NCBI GenBank assembly: GCA_951406725.2
Contig: OX597834.1
Span: forward strand, 22,630,001 to 22,694,000
Direction of reading: 5' to 3'
DNA from: Octopus vulgaris
Taxonomy: Eukaryota
Length of the DNA: 64,000 bases
Shown: positions 48,571 to 63,274 of the stretch, piece after piece
How positions within the stretch are numbered: position 1 is the first letter of the stretch
Layout: the number at the start of each line of letters is the position of its first letter
Made by a program: the position numbers and the translations under genes
The notes under the pieces: model-generated
Databases searched by the model: none
What the model saw: the letters and a program-made list of their open reading frames with translations, nothing else
Told to the model about the DNA's origin: nothing

Positions 48571-48889
48571 AAGAGGGAGAGGGGAGGAGAGGGGGAAGAT
48601 ACTTAGAAACTAAACTCTCATAAAGAAAAAAGAAAAAAACAGATGCGAAAAAAACCCAGAAACAATACAAAAATAAGGACATACAGACAGACAGACAGAC
48701 ATCAGAAATAAGATATTTAGTTGGAGATGGGCATGGGATTATAATTAAGTAAGAGAGGAACCATTGAAAGATAACATCTATTAATGGGAAATGTGTGGCT
48801 GGTGGGAGGGGTGTAGCTGATTGCATCGACCCAACCACCCCCACCCCACCCCTGCCCCCTATTTTATCAGCCCCTGAAAAAATAAAAGC

Positions 48890-49335
48890 GAGGACAAAAT
48901 GCTTCGCAGCATTTCTTCTGGTTTTATGTTTTGAGTTCAAATTCTGCCATGGTCGACTTTGCTTTTTATCCTTCTGGGGTTGATGAAGTATGTAACAGTT
49001 GAACACTGGGGAGTGATGTAATCAACTAACCCCTTCTCCGAAAAAAATTATTGATCATGAGCCAAAAGTTTGAAACCATTATTATTATTGTTGTTATTGT
49101 TATTATTATTATTACAGGCGGCGAGCTGGCATGCCAGGCGAAATGCTTAGCGATATTTTGTCTGCCGTTACGTTCTGAGTTCAAATTCCGCCGAGGTCGA
49201 CTTTGCCTTTCATCCTTTCGGGGTCAATAAATAAAGTACCAGTTACGCACTGGGGTCGATGTAATCGACTTAATCCCTTTGTCTGTCCTTGCTTGTCCCC
49301 TCTGTGTTTAGCCCCTTGTGGGCAATAAAGAAATA
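48890..49335 (+). mobile_element. Two SINE family A copies separated by (TTA)n
   Basis: Family A matches at about 48890-49080 and 49115-49335. Confidence 0.75.
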
Positions 49336-49359
49336 TATTATTATTATTACAAATGCATA

Positions 49360-50000
49360 TATTGCTTCTGTCATCTACTACCACCTGACCGTCATCCCCT
49401 GCCCTGCTTCATGGCTGACCAAACTGGAACACTTGCTCTTCCACTTTCTGCAGAAGGGACATGTTCCACCCATCAGACAGTCCATTGGCTGTCAACAGCC
49501 ACAGAGTGGAGGACTGGGAATGCCATGGATAATGATGCGCAGACACACGCTGAGGCTGTAGCATCTCCAGCATTTACTTAATGGTGAACAGGTGTAGTCA
49601 CTGTTTGTCAAGCAGGGTTTTCCGCAGCTCATCTCACTGACAGAGCTACAGTCTTGGATCTAGCGTACACCAAGAAAGGGCACTTGGCACCTGGAGTGTT
49701 AGCAAGCGCACACAGCTTTCTGCCAGTCAGGCAACATGGTCAGTGGGAGTTCCACCATGGAGTTCTATAGGGGATTAGTGGCAGGCAAGAGTAATAATGT
49801 CCTCGGGGAAACTCTGGGTGTTGGGAGGGATCAATTAACTGGTCTTTTCTAGATGACTTTTGGGCCAGCGCCTATGGATGACTTCCAGAAATCCCTGGCC
49901 TGACAGTGCTACCAGAGAGCTCTGCTGGTTCGAAACAAGCTCTACAGAAGTGCTGTCAGATGGACCTGGTCAAATTCAACTATTGCTTTGTGGTTAGCCC
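49360..50000 (+). pseudogene. Tx1/L1-clade LINE ORF2 fragment
   Basis: SVIYYHLTVIPCP...LFHFLQKG...QSGGLGMPWIMMRRHTLRL, the post-RT GGLGxP region; stops present. Confidence 0.65.
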
Positions 50001-50770
50001 ACCTTCGTATTCTACCAAATCCTCTCACAAGGCTTTGGTCAGCTCAATGCTATAGTAGAAGGCACTTGCCCAAGGTGCCATGCGGTGGGACTGAACCTGA
50101 GACCATGTGGTTGGTAAGCAAGCTTCTTACCACACAGCCACACCTAAATTCAAATAGCAGGTGGCACGTAAAAAGCACCCACTACACTCACGGAGTGGTT
50201 GGCGTTAGGAAGGGCATCCAGCTGTAGAAACACTGCCAGATCAGACTGGAGCCTGGTGCAGCCTTCTGGCTTCCCAGATCCCCGGTCGAACCGTCCAACC
50301 CATGCTAGCATGGAGAACGGACGTTAAACAATGATGATGATGAATCCACTAAAGTAGAGAAGCTGTTACTGAATATACGAGGGGAAAAAATATATGAATA
50401 TATGTGCAGTTGATAAATATATAGACATGGTTGAGTGGTTAAAAGGCTTGCTTTGCAACCATATGATGCTGGGTTCAATCCCACTGCGCAGCATCTTGGA
50501 CAAGTGTCTTCTGCTACAACCCCAGGCCATCCAAAGCCTTGTGAGTGGATTTGGTAAACTGTAACAGAAAGAAGCTTGTTATGTGAGAGAGGGAGAGAGA
50601 GACAGAGAGTGTGTGTGTGTGTGCGGGGAGGGAGAGAGGGAGAGAGAGAGAGAGAGAGACTGTCTCCTTCCTGTGATTTCTGGTGAGAGCTGGTGACAAG
50701 AAGGGCATCTGGATATTGAAAAATCACAGCAAAATTCAGTCAGACACAAGCATGAAAGAAAGTGAATATG

Positions 50771-50801
<31 letters not shown>

Positions 50802-51708
50802 GAAGAAGAGAGGAGAATAGCAGTCAATAAATATATAGGCCAAGGTAGAATAAATACCTATGTTAATCTTAATCTCTACCAAAGGAGTGTAGCAGTAGAT
50901 ATGTATACATATGTGTGTGTGTGTGTGTGTGTAGGTTATTGGAGAAAAGAACTAAAGCTGAATAGCTTAAGCATTGAAGCAGTGTGTGTGTGTGCATTAG
51001 CATGCATGTACATATGTGTAACACTGTGCATGTTAATTTGTATGCGTGTATTATGCTTGGGGATTGTATATAAATAAATATACACCTACACACACACACA
51101 TATACATGTATGTGTGAGTGTGTGTATGCAAACAAATACATGTTTGTGTGCAGACCTGCATAAAACACCTCAATCTCATCTTTCACAGTAAAATTTTTTC
51201 AAGCTAATTTGTTTTACATTTTTTTCTTTTTTACGGTCTCGGGGCACACTGGAGTTGATAAAGTGTATGTTGGGAGCGGAGTATATCATCATCCCCATCG
51301 TTTAACATCCGCTTTCCATGCTAGCATGGGTTGGACGATTTTGACTGAGGACTGGCGAACCAGATGGCTGCACCAGGCTCCAATCTTGATTTGGTAGAGT
51401 TTCTACAGCTGGATGCCCTACCTAACGCCAACCACTCCGAGAGTGTAGTGGGTGCTTTTTACATGCCACCGGCATGGGGCCAGTCAGGTGGTACTTGCAA
51501 CAACCTCACTCGAATCCTTTTACACATGCCCCCAGCACAGGTGGGCTGGTTATGCCCCTGGCATAGGACATGGGGTACAATTATTACAGGCACGACTATT
51601 TAGGGTTGAATTATTATAGAGACGGAGGATATAAAAACATACTTAGACCTTGGGTCAGACCAGAGATGATAGATCTTGGATCAGAACAAATGGGTGGTAA
51701 TCCTAGAT

Positions 51709-51950
51709 CAGTGGTTCTCAACCATTCTTTTTGTCTATGGGACCCCATTGATTCCTTTTGAATTCTACTAGACTCTCATAGCCATTTGATGTTTAAAAGA
51801 AAATTCTGTCGCATTTTTATAACTTAATATTATTGGGAATTTCACAAAAAATTAGTTAAAATATTTCAAGAGTTGTAGAAATATAAATTTTAACAACAAA
51901 ATCTTATATGGACCCTCAAGGGCCATACGGACCCTGGTAGAGAACCACTA
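51709..51950. mobile_element. hAT-type MITE
   Basis: CAGTGGTTCTCAACC ... GGTAGAGAACCACTA with CTAGA-centred flanks; relative starts near 53420. Confidence 0.7.
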
Positions 51951-52850
51951 GTCTAGAGGGAGGAATGTGAGATTGTAGGCAGGAGGAGTATTGTAGGCAA
52001 CATGGAAGAGGAAAGGGATTAGCAACAAGGGTTATTGAGAAAAATAGTGGGGATAGAATTGAAAGGTGATAGGGGTTTAGAAAAAAACAGCCCCTCGGTT
52101 CTTCTGCCTACAAAGAAGGGAGCTTATAGTAATCCATTTAATATCAATCCGTCTGAGACTACCCTTGCTCAATGATGTAAACTTCATATTTTTAAGGGAT
52201 CTAAATTAACTGAAAGAGGGATATGTTAATGAAAGGATTAAGTAGGAGTTGCTAAGTGGGCCCTTAACAAGCATGACTTTTGGAAACATTTCTTCATGCT
52301 CAGAATTGCTGAAGTATGGAATAAACTGCCCACATCAGTTATTAGCTGTCAGGACACAACATCATTCAAAACTATCATCATCATCCTCATCATCACATTA
52401 CCGTCCATATTTCATGCTGGCATGAGTTAGACAGTTTAACTGGAACTGGTAAACTAGAGAGCTGCACCAGGCTCCAGTCTGGTTTGGTTTCTATGGCTGG
52501 ATGCCCTTCCTAACACCAACAACAGCGTGTACAAGGTGCCTCTAACATATCACCAGCACGGGTGCCTCTAATGTGTCACTGGCAATCACTGGCACAGGTG
52601 CCTCTAACACATCACCAGCATGAGTGCCTCTAATGTGTCAACAGCATGGGTGCTTCTAATGCGCCACTGGCACCGATGCCTCTAACATATCACCACCACA
52701 GGTGTCTTTAATATTTTCCCATCATGGATGTCTAACATATCACCAGCTCACCTATTTTCTACATGACCTGAAATTCCCCTGTAATAGACCTGATGTCTCT
52801 AACCACGTTTTTTAAATGATTCATTCACTGTTCATTTCCTTTGTATTATT

Positions 52851-53250
52851 CAGGCGGCGAGCTGGCAGAAACGTTAGCACGCTGGGCGAAATGCTTAACA
52901 GTATTTCGTCTGCCGCTATGTTCTGAGTTCAAATTCCACCGAGGTCAACTTTGCCTTTCATCCTTTCGGGGTCGATTAAATAAGTACCAGTTACGTACTG
53001 GGGTCGATATAATCAACGTACTCCGTTTGTCTGTCTTTGTTTGTCCCCTCTGTGTGTAACCTGTAGTGGGCAGTAAAGAAATAGGTATTTCGTCTGTCTT
53101 TACATTCTGTGTTCAAATTCCGCCGATGTCAACTTTGCTTTCATCCTTCCAGGGTTGATAAATTAAGTACCAGTTGCATACTGGGGTTGATCTAATCGAC
53201 TGACCGCCTCTCAAAAAAATTTCAGGCCTTGTGCCTAGAGTAGAAAAGAT
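52851..53250 (+). mobile_element. SINE family A dimer (one copy nested in or fused to another)
   Basis: Full copy 52851-53085 followed by a second body with the alternative 3' end. Confidence 0.75.
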
Positions 53251-53901
53251 TATTCTTATGTACAGTTCATGCATTCTTGGCTATTATTTCTGCTGGTCTG
53301 TAGTGGACTTGAGCGCTGTATACAATAAGTTCATCATTACTTACTTTTTAACCCTTTTAATATCAACCTCCCTCAGACTATCCCTAGTTCTATAATACAA
53401 ACCTCTTATTGATCTAAATCAGGGGTTCTCAACCATTTTCATCTATGGACCCTTTTGGTTACTATTTTATCCTGGTGGACTCTGACAGCCATTTGATGTT
53501 TAAAAACTAGTTTTATAGAAACTTCTTTCAAAATTCCTGTTTTGTTTCACACACATTAACTTGTCGTTGGCTGATGTAAAATGTTAGAGAAAGAAGCTGT
53601 TTCTTGCAATATATATCAATACCTACATCTAAATACTACTGTGAATCTCCAATTTACTATTTTATTGTGTGGACCCCCACAAAATCTGGTTATAATTTCC
53701 AGAATCAAAATGCAATGGTAGGGTTTGAAATCATAACCTCTGATAGAAGCCGCAAACATTTTGAAGTTTGAAAACTATGACAATTTGCAATGGGCAAAGA
53801 AGAAATTTAACTAAAAATTATATTTAGAACAAATAAAAATGAAAAACAAATTAACAAAGTTAATTTCATAGTTAATTAACAAAATTAATTTCATAGTTTC
53901 A

Positions 53902-54308
53902 TAGGCGTAGGAGTGGCTGTGTGGTAAGTAGCTTGCTTACCAGTCACATGGTTCCGATTTCAGCCCCACAGCGTGACACCTTGGGCAAGTGTCTTCTACT
54001 ATAGCCTTGGGCTGACCAAAGCCTTGTGAGTGGATTTGGTAGATGGAAACTGAAAGAAGCCCATCATATATATGTATAGATATATCTGTATATGTTTGTG
54101 TGTCTGTGTTTGTCCCCCCAACATCGCTTGACAACTGAAGCTGGTGTGTTTACGTGCCCATAACTTAGCAGTTCTGCAAAAGATACCGATAGAATAAGTA
54201 CTAGGCTTACAAAGAATAAGTCCTGGGGTCGATTTGCTTGACTAAAGGCGGTGCTCCAGCATGGCCACAGTCACATGACTGAAACAAGTAAAAGCGTAAA
54301 AGAGTAAA
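53902..54308 (+). mobile_element. SINE family B
   Basis: GGCGTAGGAGTGGCTGTGTGGTAAG head to AAAGAGTAAA tail. Confidence 0.85.
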
Positions 54309-54434
54309 GTAAATTTCAGAAATTTAAAAATTTTTGAAAGCCGTTGATACAGTGCCAATGATACATACATAAGTACATGATGTGTACACACACACAAACA
54401 AGCAAAGAGAAAGTAATAGACAGGTAGATATATA

Positions 54435-54975
54435 TGCAGACAGACAGAGACAGGCATAGACAGATAGACATATAGACAGACATAGACAGATAGACAGACA
54501 TAGACAGATAGACAGGCATAGACAGATAGACAGGCATAGACAGATAGACAGGCATAGACAGATAGACAGGCATAGACAGATAGACAGGCATAGACAGATA
54601 GACAGGCATAGACAGATAGACAGGCATAGACAGATAGACAGATAGACAGGCATAGACAGATAGACATAGATAGACAGACAGACAGATTGATAGACAAAAA
54701 CAGATAGATAGATATACATAAACAGACAGATAGACAGGCACAGACAGATAGACAGGCACTGACAGATAGACAGGCACTGACAGATAGACAGGCACTGACA
54801 GATAGACAGGCGCAGACAGATCGACATAGATAGACAGACAGACAGATTGATAAACAAAACAGATAGATAGACTGATAGACATAAACAGACAGACAGACAG
54901 ATAGATAGACAGATAAATATAGATAGATAGAAAGAGAGGAAGATAAAGTTAAGCAGACAAATAGACAGATAGACA
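54435..54975. repeat. 18-bp minisatellite built from GACA/GATA units
   Basis: GACAGATAGACAGGCATA repeated. Confidence 0.9.
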
Positions 54976-56214
54976 TAATTCATGTGAAAGAAGTGAATAA
55001 AACGGGACTTCACTCACACATATCCACATACATTCACTGATTCACACCGTTTAAAAATGATCCTAAATCTCTTCCAAGAAGATGAATCATGGCATGTAAA
55101 GACGAGCAGAGGAATGTGAGGAGAGTGGGTTCTGTTATTGACACAAGACATAGGTGTCCAGTGAGTGGACAACATGAACAATGAATAAAGGAGAAACATT
55201 GGTTTCACTTACACAGGATGGAAACAGCTGAGAACAATGTCAGCGTAAATATGAAAAAGAAACATTGTTGCTCTCCTATCCCACTTATATAGGATGAGTG
55301 TAGATTATGAGTGTCGTTTACATGAGGTGACTTATAAGGGTGTGTCAGTCACTTAAGTGTGTTAAGTAGACCATCGTCAAGGACAGGAAGTGGAGTAGTG
55401 ATTTCCTGACATGTGCTTAGGGACACAAAAACACACGAGAATTAACTAGAGGCCCCGTTGACATCCTAAATACATGGTACAGTCTAGGAACAAACTTTGA
55501 AATGTCCGTATTAGAGAAATGTAAATTGTCTTATATGGAATTCTCTAAAGACCACTCATTCGTTTTACGTCTGTTTTTCTATGCTTACATGCATTGGATG
55601 AATATATATTTGAGGGATTGTCCTTCTGGCACTAACACTTAGCCTGGGTTTTCAAGTAAGGGATCCCTTATTTAAAGGTAACAAGATGACCTGACAAAAG
55701 AAAATGACACCTCTGACTGCTGCACTTTCATACGAATGTAAACAAACACCCACACACAGGTACAGGCATGGGTGTGTGACTAAGAAGTTCGCTTCCCAAC
55801 TATGTGATCTTGGAACCTTAGGCAAGTTTCTTCCTGTGATTGAACTTAGTAGACAGATGCTGAAAGAAGCCAGTCATTATATATACGTAAAAACTAACAC
55901 TTCCTTTTTCCGAGCTGAGATTCGAAACCAAATCTAAGGATTCTTGCTCGTCTGATCCACCACTGACCAAACAGGCATGAAAGAAATTTCTTTGTCCAGT
56001 CAAAAAAGGATGGAGTATTTCTCTTCGACCGCAGCTGTGTCATTTAAGGTTCAAGGGAACAGAAGGCGACCTACATAGGTAGGAATTTCTCCTGTGGTAT
56101 CTCTGTCCTTCTAGCTGTCACAACCATTAAAAATACAGCAATCCATCAAGGGACAGACAGTCAGAGATAGATGGATGTCTACTGCTATATATAATTACTC
56201 TTTTATTTTAAATA

Positions 56215-56720
56215 TTTAGTATATCCTATATAAGTTAAGTTAATTTTTTGGCTCAAAATGCAGAAAAGCAAGGCCATGTAGGGGGACATGGAGTTATGAA
56301 CAGGGTGGTGTTCATGCAAAGAGTTCAGGCCATTTCTGGTCAAGGGAGACTTTGAACCGAGCGGTTGTCAGCATCTTCACTATCTCGTCTGGCAGCTTAT
56401 TCCACAGATCCGCAACCCGGACGGAGAAAGCCCCTCTCCTTCGATTGAGATGAAATCGTCACAGATAGAGCTTTTCGGAGTGACCCCGCAGCCGACGCTC
56501 TGGAGCAGGAGTGAAGAACAGCTCTTTCGAGAGGTTACACTTTCCGCTTATGATGTTGTGAGCAAGAATGAGATCACCACGGCGGCGGCGTTTTTCTAGA
56601 GAATAAAGGTCGAGCGTCTTCAGCCTTTCTTCAAAAGACAAATGCTTGAGACCAAGAACCATGCGGGGAGCCAGCTTCTGGACTCTTTCGAGATGATGTA
56701 TGTCTTTGAGGAGATACATA
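56215..56720 (-). pseudogene. CR1-clade LINE 3' end
   Basis: LLKDIHHLERVQKLAPRMV...LYSLEKRRRRGDLI...RRLRGHSEKL*...FSVRVADLWNKLP...DQKWPELFA*. Confidence 0.9.
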
Positions 56721-56744
56721 TATACAATGTAGGTACTGAATTGG

Positions 56745-57120
56745 TAAATGCCAGTTCCTCTTGTGCTCTCGAGTACATTGGGCAGCAAGCTGTTGCCATT
56801 GGCTTCTGTTGGCTGCAGTTTTCTCTACATCTGCACATGTGTTATTGGCCTTTCTCATGTTGGTTATGAAATGTTGTGCACCATGTAGTTTTTGGTTTCT
56901 CTTTTTCCCCTCTGTGGTGTCCATTTCAAAACTGTTTTAGAATTGTTCTGATAACCAAAGTATACAACCTGCTAGTTTCAATCTCCATTCCAGGATGATT
57001 TCACTATGTGGTCTTGTGATGACTCTCTTTAGAATGTCTTCATTGATTACATGGTCTTGCCAATACATTCTCAGAATCCTTCGCAAACATCTTCAATGAA
57101 AAACATCTAGCTTTCTGTCC
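56745..57120 (-). pseudogene. Degenerate RTE-like LINE 3' fragment
   Basis: KTVLKWTP...GKR...AANRSQWQQLAAQC-like C-terminus with frameshifts. Confidence 0.5.
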
Positions 57121-57251
57121 ATTGTCACAGTGCTTTTCCATGTCTCACTGCCATAGAGAAATGTTGGTAGAACTTTGCTATTATAGAGCCGGATTTTTGT
57201 GTAAATTGATGGTGTGGGAGGACTAGATAGTGCACATTCCCTAGATCACAG

Positions 57252-57286
<35 letters not shown>

Positions 57287-57830
57287 AGTAACTTTGCCAG
57301 TAAAGCAGACAACACAGATCCAGATATTCAACATGAAGGACAGTCGCAGTCACAGAACATAAACAGATACCACTGAATGACCAATACACACACACACAGA
57401 CACAAAACATGTTCAGTTCTACCCTATCATATTGACACAGTATTTACCCTGTTAATTTCTTCTTCGCCAACGCGAAGTAAGTTGGTAAAGTGATGTAGTG
57501 AAATATTTGGTGTATACAGCAAGTGTCGTTCAAATAAATTATTTAAACTACAATCCAATATGTTCCCATTGTTTTACTTTGATGTTTTACTTTCATCTGC
57601 AACCTCAACATCTTTTGCTACACCTTTCCCACTACACACACATAATGGAAAACATATATATATAGTGTTTCTACAGCTGGATGCCCTTCGTAACGCCACT
57701 CACAGAGTGGTTGGCGTTACGAAGGGCATCCAGCTGTAGAAACACTGCCAGATCAGACTGGGTCTGGCGTAGCCTTCTGGCTTCCCAGACCCCAGTTGAA
57801 CCGTCCATATATATATATATACACACACAC

Positions 57831-57865
<35 letters not shown>

Positions 57866-59014
57866 TATAAATATATGCACATATATAAATGATGATGATG
57901 ATATACATATATACATATAGATACATATATACATACACACATATATACATATACATACATAGATATACATATACACAAACACACGTACATACAAACACAT
58001 CTACACACATTCATATACTCACAACACGTACATATATACAAACATTAATAGACGTATACAACTACGTACTTACACACATAAGCGCACTTACACATACATA
58101 CACGTACAGGAGCACACACAACCCAGAAGAAAAAAATCCTCGATACACCAGGACATATACTTACATACCCTGACACATGCTTAGATAAGGACATACACAC
58201 ATATATGTAACGTAGTATACATATATACATACAGGGACAAAACCAGATATACGCGCATATACATATATGGAGAGCCATGTATTGAAGGCCGTTAAGGAAA
58301 TATACTTCATAAGGTAAGAGATGAGGGGAAAGTATCGATAAATAGGGACGGAGGAAGGATAAAACAAAGTAAAAAGAGAGAGAGGGGAGACAAGCGGGCA
58401 AGATTGGATGGGAAGAAAGACTGGAGGAATAAAGGCTATGGGAAGTAAGGATAAATAATAAAGAAAAAAATAAAGGATAATTTGCAGAAATTATTGTTGG
58501 GTGAGGGGTAGATACCATTTGAAAAAAGCGAAGGAGTGTGTTTTTTTTTCCAATGCTTACACGGTTAATTATCTAAATAACACCTAATTCTATCAAAATA
58601 AATTTAACTTTAATAAATCTCTGTGCAAATAACACAAGGGCACTGAGATAGTGTCTAAAGTCCTTCTGGTGACGTTGATCGCCTGGGGCTAAAAGCATCA
58701 GTAACACCCCCACCCCCCCAGTGGCTAGCCACATTCAGATGGCTAATACCCCTTACGTTAAATTTAACTTTATAAGCCTAAAAATAAACAATCCAAGGGA
58801 AGTAACTGTGCTTCCCTTATATTTTTACATCCTTTTAAAAGTAACGCTAGGTTTTTTAGTAATAAATCTTGCATAGAATCACGCAACCCTAATAAAAAAT
58901 ATTTGGTTGACTATTCCATAAGGTAAACAAGTAAAAAGTAACCTTCCCTTCTTATTTCGTTAAACGATGATGATGATGATGAATTCATGTGCAATAAACT
59001 GGTTACACATCTAC

Positions 59015-59620
<606 letters not shown>

Positions 59621-60223
59621 TAGACATAAAATATTTTAACAATTTTTTTTTGTTTTTTATACAATTCCTAATAATATTAATATATAAAAATATAATGGGA
59701 CATTTTTAAACACTGAATGCTTATTAGGGTCCAGTAGAGTAAAAATACAAATCAAAGGAGCTTGTGGGTGAAGAATAGTTGGGAACCACTGTGCAAAAGG
59801 GTTAAGACTGTGTGAAATCAGCTAATTTCATTTACTCCTGTTAATGAGTGAGCCCCATTTCCCCCCACTAATTGTACCCAACAAACAATATTCAGTTGTT
59901 CATGTCAAACTTAGCATTATATAATTGCGGCATTAAAGCCAGTCTTATATAGAAATTGAAACCCTATTCTGGGTCAAAAAAAATCTGGAACTTTCCATCA
60001 GTTTTTCACAGATAGTAAATCTGTCGAGTGATGGATATGAGTAAAAGATCAGTTGTAAATGTAAGTGCTGGATTGGACTGGATTGCCCAGTATGTTCTCC
60101 CACCAACCAGAGTCCAATGCGGGGGCCATGAATTTGAGCTTGAGCTCTAAGTGGTTTGATGAGCCTGCTCTGTCACACTGGCTTGACAGAGGGGTGCATT
60201 TTTTTAATTTTATATTCATATTA

Positions 60224-60613
60224 TAGGAGTAGGAGTGGCTGTGTGGTAAGTAGCTTGCTTACCAACCACATGGTTCCGGGTTCAGTCCCACTGTGTGGCA
60301 CCTTGGGCAAGTGTCTTCTACTATAGCCTCGGGCCGAGTGGATTTGGGAGACGGAAACTGAAAGAGGCCCGTTGTATATATGTATAATATATATGTATGT
60401 GTGTGTGTATGTTTGTGTGTCTGTGTTTGTCCCCTCAACATCGCTTGACAACCGATGCTGGTGTGTTTATATCCCCATAACTTAGCGGTTCGGCAAAAGA
60501 GACCAATAGAATAAGTACTAGGCTTACAGAGAGTAAGTCCTGGGGTCGATTTGATTCGACTAAAGGCAGTGCTCCAGCATGGCCGCAGTCACATGACTGA
60601 AACAAGTAAAAGA
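60224..60613 (+). mobile_element. SINE family B
   Basis: Near full-length match with a short internal deletion. Confidence 0.85.
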
Positions 60614-60739
60614 ATATAAGACTACTCAGGAGTACTCAAGTCATTACACTGACCCCAGTACTCATCTGAAACGATATGAATAGGAAGCAAACTCCTCATC
60701 CACACAATCATGCCTGTGCCCTCCTCCATATCAATTAGA

Positions 60740-60965
60740 CGAGCTGGCAGAAACGTTAGCACGCCAGGCGACATGCATAGCCATATTTCGTCTGCCGTTA
60801 TGTTCTGAGTTCAAATTCCGCCGAGGTCAACTTTGCCTTTCATCCTTTCGGGGTCGATAAATAAAGTACCAGTTTCGCATTGGGGTCGATGTAATCAACT
60901 TAATACCTATGTCTGTCCTTGTTTGTCCCCTCTATGTTTAGCCCCTTGTGGGTAATAAAGAAATA
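60740..60965 (+). mobile_element. SINE family A
   Basis: Match to the 1361 copy. Confidence 0.85.
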
Positions 60966-61289
60966 CATATTAATCAGAGTTGTTGTTTTTTTTACCACAG
61001 ATACCTTTTCAACTATCTTCTGTAATAAACAGTTTACTAAACTGATCTAAAACAACAAAAAAAAACAGTAATTACACCTGTATTAGTGCCAACAGACTAT
61101 GATATTCTAGCAAAGCAAGTGAGAATTGACACTAAAAATGAGTTTGATGCAGGTTTGAGAAACTGATGGTCATCTAGTTAGAAATTCCAGATCCACAATT
61201 CCTGGGCTAAAAAAAAAACATGAACCCATCAGAAAAACAAGGATGTGAAGCCAATGATGGTTCTAGAATAAAAGGGTACCATCCACAAT

Positions 61290-61588
61290 GAATATGCCAA
61301 ATGTAGGTAATTGTAGTAAATTATACCATATGCAAGCAACTGTAGTAAATATGCTATAGGTAGGCAATTTTAGCAAATATACATACAGCTGCAGTAAATA
61401 TGCCATATGTAGGCAATTGTAGTAAACATACCATATGTTGGCAATTGTGGTAAAGATACCATATTTAGACAAATGTAGTAAATATACCACATGTAGGCAA
61501 TTGTAGTAGACATATCATATGTTGGCAATTGTGGTAAAGATACCATATTTAGACAACTGTAGTAAATATACCATATGTAGGCAATTGA
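61290..61588. repeat. About 28-bp minisatellite, about 10 diverged copies
   Basis: GGCAATTGTAGTAAATATACCATATGTA-like unit in direct tandem. Confidence 0.85.
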
Positions 61589-61661
61589 ACTAAAAGATTT
61601 AATTAGAACCTGCAAGTCAAACTCTAATATTATGTATTTTAAACAAAACCAAATGGAGAAA

Positions 61662-62038
61662 TCTTTATATATAAAAGTAAGGTTGTGCGCTGTCTGTCTC
61701 CTACGATTTAGATTCCTAACTACTCCCACATTTTGCGGTGCAGTTTAACCAAAACCGGGTATCTTATAGTCGTGATTCATATCGAGCCTGTCTACGATGA
61801 GTCTACAATTTAAAAAAAAAATTTACCATCAATTTTTCCCATTTTTAATGCATTTTTGTCATATATAAGGGAAGTAACTCTCTAAAAATATATTATTAAA
61901 TCTCAGAACGTAAAAAGCTACAGTAACACCCCCCTTGTGGTTAGCCATATTGAGATGGCTATTATACTTTACATCTCTAAAAATGCTTATATAGTTATTT
62001 CCCTTACAAACCCGAGCAACGCCGGGCGATACTGCTAG
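61662..62038 (+). mobile_element. Non-autonomous Helitron
   Basis: A|TC start, subterminal hairpin CCCGAGCAACGCCGGG, CTAG|T end, no TSD; similar 3' end at about 28605-28632 and related internal sequence near 58700. Confidence 0.85.
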
Positions 62039-63274
62039 TTGTATATAAAGCTCCCGGCTGGAAAAAATAATGCGTTGTGTGAGAGATGAGCCCAGTCATT
62101 CAGTGAAATACAATACCTGCTGCCAATGATTCAAAGACTGGAATAGATGTCATCAATTTAATGGCATAACATTTTCTAATTAACAAGTTAGCTAGATTGG
62201 TGAATTCATTTGACTAGAATTACTTTTTGGATTTTCTCTTTTTTTCTTTAACAAACATCTACTACGAAGAAATACAGATTTCTAAATGATGTTTACCTAA
62301 AAAGTAAAGGAACAGTAATACAAGTGACTTATAAAAAGAAGAGATAGTTTGTAAATTTTCAGCAGAGAGTGCAGAAGAGCAAAAGTCTAACCTACAATTC
62401 AACTCTTGATTAGAAAAGCGATGGAGAACCATGCAAAAGAGGACTCATGCCATTACAAAAGAAGGAAAAAAAAATAATAACAATAATAATAATAACAGTA
62501 ATAATCTTTCTGTCAAAAGGGATCTAAGATTAAATTTGAAATAAGCAACTAAAAGGCAACTGGATTTCTAGAGGTGTAAACTTTAAAAATAGCTACAGAC
62601 TAAGATAAAGGGAAGCAAGTGAGTCACTGATTGAGCAGCAGTAGCAGACTAGTGTTAAGATGGACTAAACTAATCATCAGACAGATATACTATACCATTA
62701 GCAACAAGCGCTTTTTTTAAAAATTTATTATTTATTTGCTAAAGCACGGAAAAATGTTCATTTAACAAAGTCAGTCGGGAAAACTGAAAAGACAAATTAA
62801 AAAAATAAAAGAAAATATGTATTGAACAATATTGATAGACTGACAGGACAAAAATAGATAAATAGAGATTATCAACATGGTGTAGTAGTTAGAACAAGCT
62901 TGACTAAGTTGCAGTTTCATGTGATAGAAAAATACAGGAAAAAAAAGATCATTGCAAAATGAAAAACACTGGAAGAGTCATAACGCTAGAAGCTTCGTTA
63001 AACAAACAGAAATAAATTCAAGAATATAACTGCTGAATAATCAAGAATCAAACCTAATCTAACTACATTTTGGTACTTCTTTTGGTGTTATGCCATATAG
63101 CAGACACTTTTGAGTTAAATTTTATCATTGGTTCTTCTTACATACAGACTGCGGCCATCCTTACATTAGATCCTTTGATATTGTCATCATTTAACATCCG
63201 TTTTCCATGCTGGCAAGGGTTGGACAATTTGACAGGAACCGGCAAGCTGGAAGGCTATAGCAGGATCCAGTTAC

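Noticed and set aside
47827-49006. Long 231-376 aa ORFs
   Set aside because: Translations of the purine/pyrimidine minisatellite.
54242-55013. 188-244 aa ORFs
   Set aside because: Translations of the 18-bp minisatellite.
55014-55230. Possible - strand exon or DIPK1 first exon
   Set aside because: Donor-like motifs exist but there is no recognisable homology or compatible phase.
61290-61588. CRISPR-like 28-bp repeats
   Set aside because: Degenerate tandem minisatellite without spacers.
62050-63070. 3' UTR of an unseen - strand gene
   Set aside because: Only compositional hints; no exon or ORF support within the window.
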